A stretch of DNA of 58,825 nucleotides, counting the filler, from Sphacelaria rigidula (taxonomy: Eukaryota): NCBI GenBank assembly GCA_964200075.2. It is 7 parts of 7 records of this genome, joined end to end, with 100 filler letters (N's around TTAATTAATTAA, not from the genome) between each part and the next. Parts side by side here need not be neighbours in the genome. Positions count along the whole stretch, not along the records: positions 1 to 8,319 come from CAXNAA020011540.1; positions 8,420 to 16,738 come from CAXNAA020011541.1; 5 more parts are not named here. One strand, 5' to 3'. Below are positions 1 through 13,198 of the stretch, one piece after another. Both the position numbers and the translations under genes were made by a program. Numbering within the stretch: position 1 is the stretch's first letter; each line of letters starts with the position of its first letter. Under the pieces are notes generated by a model. That model searched no databases. It had not been told where the DNA came from and saw only the letters and a list, made by a program, of their open reading frames with translations.

Positions 1-865
1 CTATTGATGACGGCAATGGCTATCGATGGATGGCTCACCAAACCCATTGATAACGGCAATGACTATCGATATATACTACCCAGAATCTATTGCGGTACAC
101 CATTTCCATCGATGGCGAGTAATCTTCATCTATTGTAATTGCCGTAGGCTATCGATCGACTATTGCAACGTCTATTGTTCCTTGCAATGCATATCAATAG
201 ATGTCTTTCACCATCTATCGTGTTCGATAATATATATCGATAAATTTTTCCCCGTGTCTATTGCTGAAGCAATGAACTATTGTTGTGTCCATCGTCCAGG
301 GTGTGAAATATACGCATACGTCGAGGGGAAGATTTGGGTTCGTTGAGTTCGGGGGTGATGTCTGAATGACGACAATCCGCCGAAATATTTTTGCAGGCTT
401 CAAGTACGTGTGTGTGCACGCCTGGTCGGAGGTTACGTGAGAAGAAAAAATAAACCCAATTCGAGGATGGATGCGACTAAGATGCCCAAGAAAATATATG
501 ATGGTTGACGGAAGTAGGGAAACTTCCTCTCTGCGGACAACCCCGCTCTCGCCGCCTTCGAGGAACTCGTCAATAATTGTCTTCTCCTCTCGTCGACAAT
601 ACAAATTCCTCCCTCGCGGATTGATTCTCCGCGCCATCATCATTATTTTGGGAAATTCTCGGCCTGAAGGCGGTTGTTTGGGAGTGGGGGAGATTGTTTC
701 GAGCGACTTTTTTTACACGAAGGAGTCACTTTGAAATACTGCTTTCAGAAAGCTCAAATTTCGTTAAAATGGTCTTTTGGTGTCACCACAACATACACGT
801 TTAAACCGTGGCTAACAACGTTTTCAGCCGCATGCAAGAGGCACAACGAGCGTTTGAGAATATAC

Positions 866-948
866 TGACCACGGTCTGGATTGTTGCAATCAGCTGATGT
901 GAGATAATCAATCGATCGATCAATCAATCAATCAACCAATCAATCAAT
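866..948 (+). repeat. LINE-type 3' end with (ATCA)n tail; also at 42198-42257 (+) and 39893-39950 (-)
   Basis: TGACCACGG.CTGGATTGTTGCAATCAGCT.ATGTG followed by (ATCA)n. Confidence 0.8.
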
Positions 949-1084
949 ATGGGGCTCTCGCGGTTGATGTAGTCAAATGCTTCCTAACGCAGTGTGCTCT
1001 GCGAGATCGGGTCATAAAGAATCACCGGTACCTTAAGATAGAAGTATACAGGCACACGAAATGGCAGATGCGGTGGAGCAGCAA

Positions 1085-1345
1085 AATTGATCGTGTCGCG
1101 GGAGTGTCACGACCATATCCATCTGAAGTGGTCGCGGTCTCTCTCTCCTACTCTTTAGACGCTGTACAGCAGCATGGCGCAGAGGGCTGTCGTGAGATTT
1201 TCTTGCCCTCAAGCGGCATCTCTCACATAATCTCCTGAGGACATATCTCTGACACAGCGTGTCTGTTGGGTTGGCGCATTCGTCGCCAGCGTCAGCCTCT
1301 GCGACGACCGGCGAGAGTGTCTGAGGATATTCTACAACAGGTCAT
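1085..1345 (+). repeat. Diverged dispersed repeat, second copy at ~4350-4610
   Basis: Shared blocks CCATCTGAA.TGGTCG, CAAGCGGCATCT, TGACACAGCGT, CAGCCTCTGC.ACGACC and GAGAGTGTC.GAGG. Confidence 0.7.
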
Positions 1346-2312
1346 GAGCCTTGATGTTCTTCACACGATGCGTGCTCAGAGAGCCTTCGTAGAATGGCCC
1401 TCGGAGCCTGGAGCAGTAGTTACGATAATGAAAAGATCTCTGCCCTGGAATAAACGTGGGATGAGTCGAAACCAAGGGCGGCACTTCACCTGCGCCCGTC
1501 TAGCACTTCAGCATTGCGTCGTGGCGCAAAGGCAGTACACGCATATAGAAGGGTTCGAGATTTTCTCTTTCGTTGGATTCAAGGCTGTGTCTTATCGCGA
1601 CCAAAGAACTACTTTGCGACACTGGTTTCGCTTGTGGTTGGTCGCGGGGCGATACCACCCTCACTGAAAATATCACTCGCGAACCTGATTTCTGGTGATG
1701 AGCATATAAAATGTGGCAGGGAGAGCTCGGAAATAGTTTGTCTAACCATTTACCGATTGAATGGTACATAGCGGTTTGGACCCTGTCGGAGGCGTCCCCG
1801 GAGGCACGTTTGTGTGCGATTTGGCTTCCCTAGAGTTAAAAATTACATGAAATTTTGGCAATGATGCTGGCAACGGTGGATGGTGGTTTGAAACCATTAT
1901 TCCATTTTTTCATATGATAAATTGCCATTATTGCCATTATAATGATAATGACAGGTTAAAACCGGTATCACTTCCGATCTCTGTTTTCAAGTCTTTATGG
2001 ACTCTTGAAGGATACAGTTGGGCTGTTCGAGAAAGCACGCTCCTCGTAGGGGAAGCTAAGGGTGGGGCACTATCGCTCTACTATTGTATTCCCTGAGACC
2101 CCCATCACCTCTGTACTACTTACTGCCCGTACTGCTGTTCTACTGATATGCCCTCATCTCACGCAACGGATCACTTGAGGGTAAAAAGTATACACAATAC
2201 CGCACGGCACATACATCACTTCCATTGTTTGAGTAGATAGCGGCCAAGGTCGTGTGTTTGACATTTTGGATCTTGGGAGAAGTCACCGTGGAAAAGCAGG
2301 GGGGGGGGGGGG

Positions 2313-2459
2313 GGGGGGCGAACTCATGTTTGCCTTAGTCGGTTGACCATTGACCATGCGTCCCTTCGAGACTGCTCCGTCTCGAAAGGGATGCGTGGTC
2401 AATGGTCAAACGACTAAGGCAAGCAAAAAATGAGTACGCCCCCCTTTCGAGACGGAGCA
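2313..2459. mobile_element. Tiny TIR element (2373-2459, TIR TGCTCCGTCTCGAAAGGG) preceded by an inverted partial copy; another end at 8285-8319
   Basis: TGCTCCGTCTCGAAAGGG...CCCTTTCGAGACGGAGCA. Bases 2313-2372 are the reverse complement of its body. Confidence 0.7.
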
Positions 2460-2469
2460 CCGTTCCTAC

Positions 2470-3640
2470 TCCTAGTAGAGACACCTCCAATATTTCGGTG
2501 CTCGTTACGTTGCTTTCATAAATTACGCCAAAACGTTTTACATATCTTATTCCCTTCCTGTCTCGCCGGCTGTGGCCACAATCTATCCCCTCGTATAGCT
2601 ATTGTTTTTTCGCTACTGTCTAATGTATCAAACGATTCCATACTACCTTCGTTTAATTCCCACATTTCCGCCTCTAACGCCTCCCGTTCCTCCTTCTCTA
2701 GCTCACATCCTGTCACTGTATGAGTTCTCCTCTCTATTGCTTTGCCGCAGGGGCAATTCTGTGCATCTACTTCCTCCTTCACTCGACTGCTGGTACACCC
2801 CTTCCTTCTTTCTGGCAGGTCCAGGTCCCCAACCGAAAATCGCAGTTTCATTTTTCTTGTGGAGTCCATTGAGCCATACAGATACGTTCTCATCCTTATC
2901 CCATCTCTCAACCCCCCGTACATCTCCAGGTGCTCTTTCCCGTCTACTTTCCGTCTGAGCGCCTGTTCCTCCCTTATTTCTACCGTGTCTCTTACTTTCG
3001 TCTTGTACCCCGCTCCTTCACCTGTGGACAGTATTTCGTCTTCGTTTCCCCCTATCTCCTTCCATACTTTCTCGACTTCTCTAACCCACCTTATTCTAGC
3101 CTACCCTTTCGCGCTCTTCTTCCATACAGCCTTATCAACCATAGCTAGCAATCTGTTTCTCTGCATGTTCTTTAAGCTGCATTACCACCTCACTTTCCTC
3201 ATGTCTCTATTTGTTTCAAGTGGGCACATCCCCAAATCTGTTCTCACTGCTGTGTTGCTCGTCGTTTTTGAATATCCAGGCATTTTCGTAGCTGCTGCCA
3301 TCTGTACTGTTTCCAGCTTCTACACCAACTTCGCGTTCCCCCCCCATGCTTCTTCTCCTGAATATTCCAGCTTTGGTTCAATAGCGTTAATCAGCATACA
3401 TCTCTTCATCCTACTATCTAGGTGTGAGTCTCTGAGGATCACATCCATCCTGCCTATCTGCGCCTTACCCTTCTTCATCACTTTATTTTTGTGTGCGTCC
3501 CGAGAACAGTTTTCCCGTCATCTTCTTCACCATTTCCCACATCTTCCCTCTGATCCCAGCTTCCCACAACTTTTTTCCGCAGCCCATTTCCCCCCACCGT
3601 GTCGTAGACCTTTTGTACGTCTAGAAAGAAACAGTACGTC
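2470..3640 (-). mobile_element. Decayed LINE ORF2 C-terminal fragment with CCHC knuckle
   Basis: The minus frame reads ...PKLEYSGEAW...LETVQMAAA... with stops, then KLRFSVGDLDL...CPCGKAIERRTHTVTGC. Confidence 0.8.
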
Positions 3641-5667
3641 GTAACCCCGGCGTCTTTCTCACCTTGAATGATCTTATCTCATGTGTACTCATGGTCTACG
3701 CAACTGCGGTTCGGTGTGAGCTTGGAGTCGGTCCCCACCTTCACCGACGATACCTCAGCTTCTCGCGTCGCAGGCAGGCAACTACACCTACAGCTCTCGA
3801 GTTAAACCCGTAACTCTACCGTACTTCATACAAGAAGTAGCCAGGGTGGAAAATATCAACGGTCACTGCGCCAAGATCGAGAACCAACTTATCGACAGAA
3901 CGACCAAGCATCCTAGCATACACAGGAGGCACCGCTTCCTAGTCAAACTCTGGCGTGAGTTTCAGCTCTACGATAGGACCTTTTACAGTACTTCGTTTCG
4001 TTTGTACCGTGTTTCGTTCGACTGAAGTGCACAGAGCATCGTTCCATGACAATTGCGCTGGGTTGTGAACACATGTTGGAGCATGAGCCAGCACATAATA
4101 AATCGCCTGTACGTGTTGGCTGTACCATGCAGGATTAAGGAAACACCCGAAAAAGAAAGAAAGAACCGCACATGCTTGCTTTGAGTGGGAATCTTCGAGA
4201 TATAGGGGGAGCTTGCGGCATATCAAGTTGTTATCGCTTCATGATGTGGTGTGCTGTGTTAGATCGGGCGATAAATTGTAACTGCACATTTCAATAGCAA
4301 TACTGCACTGTACTGGTGTGCGCAATAGCAGGTGTGGTTGGGTAGCATAGTAGATCGTGTGGCGGGACAGTCGCATTTTTCTCCATCTGAACTGGTCGTG
4401 GCCTCTCTCTCTCACACACACACTCTTCTCTAGACTCCGTACAGCACAGTACGGGGAATTGCTCCATGCTTTTCTTGTCCGCAAGCGGCATCTTTCACAT
4501 CGTCTTCTGTCTACATCCTTGACACAGCGTTTCTGTTCGGTTGGCTTCATCGACGGCACCAGCCTCTGCAACGACCTACGAGAGTGTCCGAGGAAATTTT
4601 GTAACATGATACATCCACGAACCCCTTTTGTTTTGTGCAATCAAGCACCCCTCGCTCCACCCCATCTTAGCATCACTCAGGTCAGTTTTGTCTATACTCC
4701 CAGTTTGACCAGAGCTGGCGGAATTGGCACCTACAACCTACGGTAATATTCGGGGATGTCCGCAACAACACGTTCGCTTTGCAACGACAACTAATGTTTT
4801 TCAATGTGCCACGCCGCAGAAAATGTTGTGCGGCTTTTCCCCCATTCGCCCCCTATGGGTTATGACCAAAAGAATGTGCATGAAGATTGATTCAAGCGTT
4901 AACCTTTTTGCTCTTTTTTTTTCCCTTCACATATTGTATCACTATAATACTAATTCTAGATATATCCATCTCATGCTCTTGCGCTCCTTCCCTCGCCGCG
5001 TCCTGCACACCGCAAAACACTACGGGTAAAAAAGTGCTGGCCGCAACGCTAACTAGTAGTAGTGCAACTGCTCCTGCTCCTGGAGCTTACACGGCCACCA
5101 CTACGACGCAAAGTTCTTCTCACCACAAGACCGATTCCTCGAACATGCTGTCAAGGTCCAGCGTAGTACCGCCGCCGGCGACGCCGCCGCGGTTCGTGCG
5201 CTTCGTTCGCACGAGATCACCAGCAGCCTCCAGGCTCGGGCCTCCCAGGTGAGGACCCTTAAACTGCGGACAAGTGACTTGAACGATGGCCCCAAGGGTA
5301 TGCTGCAGGCGTTCACGGACCGACCCGCAATGGGCAGGATGATTTGACGGCGATTTTCAGGGGGAAAGGGAGAGCACGGGAGCGCGGGGCTAGTCGTGTA
5401 TACGTATGATGCTCTCTGCTTGCAAATGTTCGTTGCTGGGGTTTGGTCAGATGAAAGTGTGACACGTTTCTACATACACTGTGCTACATGCACTGTACAT
5501 GTTGTATGTTTTGCTACTCCGGTATATGGCTGTCGGTTCCAGCGTGATTGTCATCATGTGAGCAGGTGTACATCAGCGGCAGCAGAGGAGGAGGAGGAGG
5601 AGGAGGAGGAGGAGAGGGGGGACAGCTAGTCCCTTGTCCTGTACTGTAGGGTACGGGACGGAGGAAC

Positions 5668-5977
5668 GGGGGTGTACTAGTGATCTTACATGTTGTAGTC
5701 ATGGGACCATTGACCTCGCATCCCTACAAAGCAAGAGCGGAGTACGCCGCTTTTCCGCCAGACCAGGCTCGCAATCTATCACCAAGCGCGAAGCGCGGTG
5801 ATGTGTCCTGAGAGTCGTATGAAGGGTGAGTTACATCCTCCTAAGATTGTTGGGCCTGAAGCGTACTGATTATCTTGCATATGGATGACAGCTTCCAATG
5901 AGTTGCTTCACTTTCTGGTATCGTCACATCCAGAGACAGCCCTGGGTCACACTCTGCCTCATGGATGTCTCACCATT
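5668..5977 (+). repeat. Dispersed ~310-bp repeat (copies at 24805-25120 and 42686-43010)
   Basis: Colinear blocks GGGTGTACT.., CCATTGACCTCGC.TCCCT, ACCAAGCGCGAAGC, ATGAAGGGTGAG and CACTGCCTCATGGGTGTCT occur in three scaffolds. Confidence 0.85.
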
Positions 5978-6769
5978 GAAACACTACGTAGCATGATTAT
6001 CCCCTTTTGCACGGGATTGAGGTTCTCCCACCCCGCACAAAATGATATAGCTCGACCACCATCATGGTTATCGCAAAAATAAATGCGAACGCAAATAAAA
6101 ACGGTCACCTGGTTGCCTAGCTTACGCAGTAAGTGGCATGTTTTACGGCGTGGTTGCCAACCGACGCCAACCCTATGGGAGACGGGGGAGGTGCGCCCCT
6201 TTCACCGCTAAGTGGTCCCCTCCACCACTCAATATTTTGCTCTGTGGTTACAGGGATGTATAAGAATTCTCGAATTCATGCATGCATGTGTATGCTCTTC
6301 TGAACGTGCGGGTGTGTGAATATATGTCCTTGGGTTTAACTGATGAATACTCGGACCAAGACTCCAACGGATACCGTATGGAGAGGAGACAGGACGACAA
6401 AATCATCAGCGTACTCGACATCAGCCTCCACTCCCAAAACCACATGCTCGAAGTTAATATCTAAACCAGACGCCAGTCCTCACTCCCCATCATTCATCAG
6501 CCTAATGCTTCTAGAGAATATCTCCCTCCACATGAATCCTCACTTGAATACTTGTGTAGTCTTACAATCCTTTCGAAAAAGCACAAATACTAGATCCCAC
6601 TAAGTAAACACGAAACTCCTGCACTGGTTTGAAGATCGGATTCAGTACCTGTGCTAGAAGCCCGAAATCGACGTGAAATCTGCATCGGGGGAGCACCTTA
6701 ATACCCCGGTTTTAATCTCCATGTTATATTATATATAGTTACTTTTATTACCCCGAACGATGTTAGAAT

Positions 6770-8119
6770 ATTTGTATAGGTAAGAACCTTACAGGGGACG
6801 AAACGAGTAAGGTTGAGTTCCAGAAAGCTTGTCAAACGACTCGGCTTCGATATCCTAATCACAAGAAGCTCGTGGTTCTAACTCGTGTTGCGGTCAGCAC
6901 CGTTGTTGAATATAAAAAGCTTCTTTCGGCTCTTCAAAGGCTCCCTACGGACTTGCGACCAATCTTCTATGATTTATACCGGTGCTACTTCCTACCGCCT
7001 CTTCATCGCTTCGGAGGTAAAGGTAAAATGTCATGAGTTTCGAGCGTGCTCAGCCTGCTCAAGAATAATGTTGATGTCCCTCGGTAGAAGACCAGTACTA
7101 CTTTGCGTCAAGTACAAAATTGCTGACTACGATATCATCTGCTGGAACTTTGCTACTTAGGGAGGGAGGAGACGGGCGCTGCAGCTACAGTGTTTCTACT
7201 ACTACTGCAGAGTGATGTACCGGTAACTACTCCCGGCTTTCATAATGTTCAGCAGCCTCCTTCTTGCTCCTCTGTAAAATCTGTCTACCAAGGTACTATT
7301 GCACAATAGACTGCAGATCACGAGATGTAAGCTGCATCCCGTGTCTCACTTCACATGAAAACCTAGATAGTCACACAGACATCTAGATAGTCACACGAAA
7401 ACATGGATAGTTCAAAAGCTCACTGCACCACGCATTGACATTCCTACACGCGCGCGCGTGTTTCTTCCTCGCACAAGTCATACTCTACTGAAACTTCACC
7501 AACCCCTCCCTCACGAGACCGTGCTTTGGATCATGACTCTGGTTTGTTTCACCACTATCGTACCTAACCCTTATCCTGCAAGGAGACCGTGCGGCGAGGG
7601 CTAGTTTTCAGGACCTTCCGGGGGGGGGGGGGGGGGAGGGCGAGATTGTGGGAGGGGTCCCTAACACCCGCAGGTTTTCTGCGCTGTGTTGCGGGGGAGC
7701 CGTGGTAAAAGGGGAANNNNNNNNNNCCCCCACTCCCCCCCCCCCCTTCGCGCGAAGGAGGCCGGGGGGGCGGGGCGTTTTTTCCAGGCCCTCGGGGGGG
7801 GGGGGGGGGAGGCAAGGATTTTGGAAGGGGTCACGTACACGCACAGTGTTTACTCGGATTGATGCGTGCGAGCCCGGAATAGCAAGGAAAATATTCGGGC
7901 GATCCATGGTAAATACTGCGTGTGTATACTGTAATACGAGAAGAAAGGGCATGCAATAAAAACACCGGCGCGTACCTGTTCGACCGGGTGGTTACCAGTG
8001 TCGCGTAGAACGAAGAAGGAAAGGGTTTTCCTGCTATTACTAGGGGAGTTACTTTTAGAAATGATCAGACAGATGGCTTTGGTGATGGCTCGCGTCGTCA
8101 TCTCGAGGACGGTGCAACG
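6770..8119 (-). pseudogene. Decayed multi-exon gene fragment, unknown product
   Basis: Exon 7976-8119 (CTAG| ... CAG|GTACGC; 48 codons, RCTVLEMTTRAITKAICLII...HPVEQ), plus downstream exon-like blocks at ~7221-7271 and ~6775-7178 that contain stops. Confidence 0.35.
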
Positions 8120-8319
8120 CTAGAGCTTGGCGTTGCGAGGGAGACGAGAAGCTCTGGGAGATGCCAGTCTGGACCTAAGGCTATTGGGGTGGGGTTCGTC
8201 GGCAGCGTAATCAAGTTGGCCAACTCCCTCTGTCAATGAATCACGCTGGAACGTTTTGGAGGCCGTCCGCCCCCCTTCCCCCTTTGCTCCGTCTCGAAAG
8301 GGGTGCGTGGTCGATGGTC

Positions 8320-8419
8320 NNNNNNNNNNNNNNNNNNNNNNNNNNNNNNNNNNNNNNNNNNNNTTAATTAATTAANNNNNNNNNNNNNNNNNNNNNNNNN
8401 NNNNNNNNNNNNNNNNNNN
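8320..8419. other. Artificial scaffold spacer N44-TTAATTAATTAA-N44 (first of six; others at 16739-16838, 25157-25256, 33575-33674, 41992-42091, 50409-50508)
   Basis: An identical 100-bp linker with stops in all six frames separates segments of 8319, 8319, 8318, 8318, 8317, 8317 and 8317 bp, which indicates length-sorted concatenation. Confidence 0.97.
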
Positions 8420-8791
8420 CCTCTTTTTTCGTGCAACCAAATACCCCCCCCCCTATCGTAGGATGATTCATGAGTGTGTATGCTACGCATGCTCTGTGGG
8501 GTTGTTACCTGAATCTATGTCGAGGGTGTACCGAACGGCGTAGGAGACGCCGGTAAAAAAAACAAGAATAAGTACGGACTGATAATGAACCAGGTGGTAG
8601 TTACTCGCTATTTTATTGAGCTGCAGAAATCAAATGAACTATAAACTTCGCCCGAAAGAAAAAATCAATATTGACAATATAAACTAATATTAGTAACACT
8701 TGGATCCCAGTCGGTGCTTACCCAGCAGGTGAAGTATACCTTGAGTTTACGTTGGGCGTGAATCGACGTACAACAAAATGCGGGAAGAAAA

Positions 8792-8832
<41 letters not shown>

Positions 8833-11779
8833 AAAAGTGTGGGGCTGAAGAACATATTTGTAAAAGCAAATGAAGAGAAGAGAAAATAAACTAAAATGAA
8901 ACGCTGGTTGATGGTCGCTTGCGGTTAAACGATCCTGGATGACGATTTATTTTGTGCGGGACATGAGCCTTTCCCCTTTTTTTGGGGGGGGGGGGGGGGG
9001 GTGTCCGTCGGTATCTATAGTCAGTTGACTGGGTTGTTGATACATAATGTGGTAATGTTAGGTGATAATATTGATGGGCATTTCAGGGTTGTTGTTGATG
9101 GAGTGAGTGAGCATCGTGTTTCTTCATCAGAGGTGGTCACCTCTCTGTTCAGGGGCGAACAAAGACTGGGGAACATGTTTTGTTACCGATCATGCGTAAG
9201 AGTAAAAAAAAAAGGACTGGGCTCATGTCTCGCATAATTTTTTTTTCATGAGTTCCGATTAGTCTCGCCAGTTGTCCATGTATCAACGGTTCGGGTAATA
9301 TTGTGCGCGGAGGATTTGCGCGCGGGGAGTCATGTACGTTAGGGGGTACGGGGTGATCAAGTGTGGCTGTAGTCCAGAGTCGTGCGGGTCAGTAACCCGT
9401 GTATTACTGCGGTTCGGACCCTACATCCATGGTGGGGGTCTCTGCGCATTGCCCGTTGTTTCGTGTAGTACATCGGTGTGCCGAGAGTATATATATATAT
9501 AACTACAATCATATTCTCCCATAAACAATGCCGACCCCCGGAAGTAGTTCATTACTTCGTACCCTTGTGAACTGACGGGAGACCGATCCATGTATCGTCA
9601 ATAATGTTGTTGTGAGTGCAGAAGTGTACGAGCTACCTCGGTGCCAAGGTAATGTACATATAGACATGCGGTGATGATCACACTTCGATTGCAGTGACAG
9701 CATAAAACGTTACACTGATATATTCGTCGAGTGTTTCAACGGGGTAACTGTAGAACAACCATCATCGTTGGCAAGCAATTCATTTTTGGGGTCAACGGCT
9801 CCCAAAGTAGTCTACAATAGGGCTCTCGGGTCAGTCCGTGTCTTCCCAATTGATCCGGCCCGGGAGAACACTACTTGCCTTGGGTGCGAGTGCGAGGATT
9901 GTCGATCGTCATGTCCATCACTTCATGTGGTATGAGCGATGTGGGTGCTCACATGCATGATAAATATTTAGTCGCAACAAGGGAAGGACTTACGCTACAT
10001 GAGAGGCCAGAAAAAAAAGTACGGCGTGGGTGTCGCGTGTGGACAAACAGTGACGGATGTCGCATTTTTTCTTTTTTCCTGCGGTCTATAACAAAAACAG
10101 TTTCCAGTGGTAGCGGCTGTAGTTATTTCGAGCATTGCATGTGAGATGTGTGTTGGGATGTGGAATATTATTTCATTTTGATGAAAATCCCAAGTGTGTA
10201 TCATTTAAATATCATGCATAGGTTACACGTCAGGTTTCCTTAGTGTAGTTTCATACGAAAGTTGATCTAAGCCGCTACCCGGGAAAACATATTTCATTGA
10301 CTCGCACAAAAGAAAGAAAAACGTGCATTCGTTGTGTTCAGTCCAACCTAGCAACCCGCTGCTTTACATATGCCTGGGTAGTGTTCTGGTTTTCAGGCCC
10401 TCGGTACAATATCCCAAAATCTACTGTGCTCGTACAGTTCTCATCATGCTGCGCTGTATTATGCGTGTAATCTATAGTTGCACCCCACCTGTTTGGCTTG
10501 CCCGTGTTTGCTGAGGCGAAGCGCATTGCTTCGTGGTATCAAGTCGTATGCATGTATTGAGTGTTTTACAGACCGTCTGCGGGGAATCCCGCGAAAAAAA
10601 CGATCCGCTCTGGCACACAAAAAAAACTGCGGACCCTACGGGGCAAGTTGCTCCGGCGGGCACCTGCGAACACCTCTGGTGATGGGTTGTACCTTGTGCT
10701 GCTGCGAGGTCGACCGCTGTTATCATTTATCACTGATGGTACAGCAGCTTCATGCTGCATTAATCTGTTTGCCTCACACTGCAATGCCTTATGCGTCTTT
10801 GGTGAAACAGTAGTGTACTACAATTACCGAATGGGTGCACATGCAGCTGCACCCACGTGATATTTTTTCCACCTCGTTTCGGCAAAGCTTGAATGTCTCA
10901 AAGACTGCGAGCATGGCATGCAACCACGATTGCTCACGCACCTTTCCAGCGCACCTCGCGCCGTGTTTGCCGTCGAGAGTTTTGATGTATTACAGCGTAA
11001 TGGAGACTACCGCACATGAAAGTCGGGATGAGGCAGCTAATTGTTCCTTTGACTCGGGGCGCAAATGCTTGCACGCCATGACGATTGAGGGGTTGTAACA
11101 AAGAGACAGTCTGTAAAACAAATCCACTTCGCTGCTGGCCTGGCTGCGGTCAACATTTCATCCTGAGAACCTCACGCTGAGTGCGTGCGTTTGTATCTCC
11201 TGCTCTCTCGAATCGGGCACCATGTCGCAGACGCAAAAATGTACCAGTGTTAGGTACGCAGGGACCTCTACCAGTCGGGGACACGTTTCACACCAGGCTT
11301 CGCTGGCCACCTAATTATCGTGACACTTTCAATCCGATACGGTCAGACCTACGGTAGGAACCACAGAATACTGGTTGGATCTTGCCTGTTTCAGTCCAAA
11401 TGCAGAAGTGAAGATGTGCGCAAGCACCTTGCTCAGCATGTGGGTCGATCCTTGGCGGATGATGGGTGTTGTTAGCAGCGGTTAGCAGATGTGAAGTGCA
11501 ATACAATAGTCGGGAGACGGTTATCAGTTTGCCTTCAGAATGGTTGCTTTCGTGTGCTTTCACTTGTGACCCAGTGGGGGGCAAAGTCACACGATATATT
11601 TCCCACCAAGTCATCATTAGACTGAAGAAGGTGTAGCCATGATCCAATTGCTTTATAGTCTACTATACAGGGTCATTATCCACCCTGAAACACCACACGC
11701 CAATTGGGGGGGTGTTTGGGAGATCAAACACTTGTGAAGACGTTCTTGTCATGCGGATTGAACCTGTGGTGGGGACCTA

Positions 11780-12303
11780 CACACGCGGCCATTCGGCTCC
11801 TACTTGAAAACCCTCTACGGTGATTTTCATCCTCTGGAGGAACGAATGGCCTGTGACGCCAGCCAGTGGAAGCACTGTTGGGTCACTGCTGTTGAGGGAC
11901 TCCCCAGTCTTACTGGCCTCAGTTTCAGATGTCAACCTTTACAACATTCTCATTATTCAGGAGTGCTGTCGTACGGCGCTAATTCGTCACAGGCCTCAAT
12001 TTGGATGAAATGACATCTGGTGGTTCATGATGCCTCTGAAGTGGACAGCAAAGGAGCCGCCAGAGTGCACATGGTTCCGTTAAGCACATAACTTTGCTGA
12101 GGGTGCCCCCGGGGAAATTTGGGTAAACAATACTCTCCAGGGAGTAAATTCACGTATGGAGTCCGCACAGCAAACCTCTGGACGACACTTGAACCACTGG
12201 ATGGTATTTTATCGTCCGCAGCAGTCCAGAAAACCATTTTTCCCTCCAGGGGACGAAAATCGCGATAGAGGATTTTCAAACAAGAGTCGAATGGCCGCGT
12301 GTG
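11780..12303. mobile_element. MITE with TA TSD and ~65-bp imperfect TIRs (CACACGCGGCCATTCG...)
   Basis: TA|CACACGCGGCCATTCG ... CGAATGGCCGCGTGTG|TA. Removing the element plus one TA restores colinearity with the opposite foldback arm at ~13803-13817. Confidence 0.85.
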
Positions 12304-13198
12304 TAACTGTTGCTGGCGTGGCGCATGGGGGTGCCTCTATACTGCAATCTTGAGCACTCACCTCACCCACTGCGTGTGTCGCGGTGGATTTCGATAATTC
12401 TCAAGTTAGGATGTCATTCATTACAAGCTGGGGCGAGATATGTTTCGTGAAGAACAAGAGTGCTCTATGATGAGCAACCACTTCTCGTTGCATTTGAGAC
12501 CCACGCCACCAACCGCCGACTGCAAACGTCTTGCGGCTTTCAAGCAACGCTGGCGGCAGTACGCCCGACAAGCCCGGTCAAAGCTAGCTTTCGTTGCTCT
12601 ACTGTCTGTACTGAGTGTCGCGGCGTCTGTACAATCACCTCGTAACTAAACCAAAATTCATAAGGGTTGTAACATGAAACAGTTCCATTTTTCAACTCAT
12701 TGTACACAACGTAAAGGACTCTCAAGAGCTACGGGGAGGGTGGCTTCCCCGCCCCCCCGCCGGGTATTCAAGACACGATGACAGAGTTTTTCTCAGCTCT
12801 TGTAACACTAATGGGGTCACAGAGAGAGTATCTCTTGATGAAAATTCGCGTTTTTCCACATGCAAACCGTTTCAGGTGCATAGTTTCTGTTTAGAACGTA
12901 TAACGCTGTCCATTTCACTTCGGTTCTATACTGATTCGTTTATTCCAATCCCAGCATCGTTTGGTACTGCTGTTCGACAGTAATCTTCGCGGGTTCGACA
13001 TAAGCTGAAGCGGCCACTTTCCCGCAGCTCTTGAGAGTCCTTTACATTGTGTGCAATAAGTTGAAAAAACGAAACTGTTTAATGTCACAACCCTTGTGAA
13101 TTTTGGTTTAGTTACGAGGTGATTATACAGACGCCGCGACACTCAGTACAGTCAGTAGAGCAACGAAAGCTAGGCTTGAGCGGGTTTGTCGGGCGTAC

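Noticed and set aside
2742..3644. 300-aa plus-strand ORF
   Set aside because: It is the antisense shadow of the minus-strand LINE remnant.
6256..6566. Possible solo LTR (TGT...ACA)
   Set aside because: No TSD and no second copy in the window, so support is insufficient.
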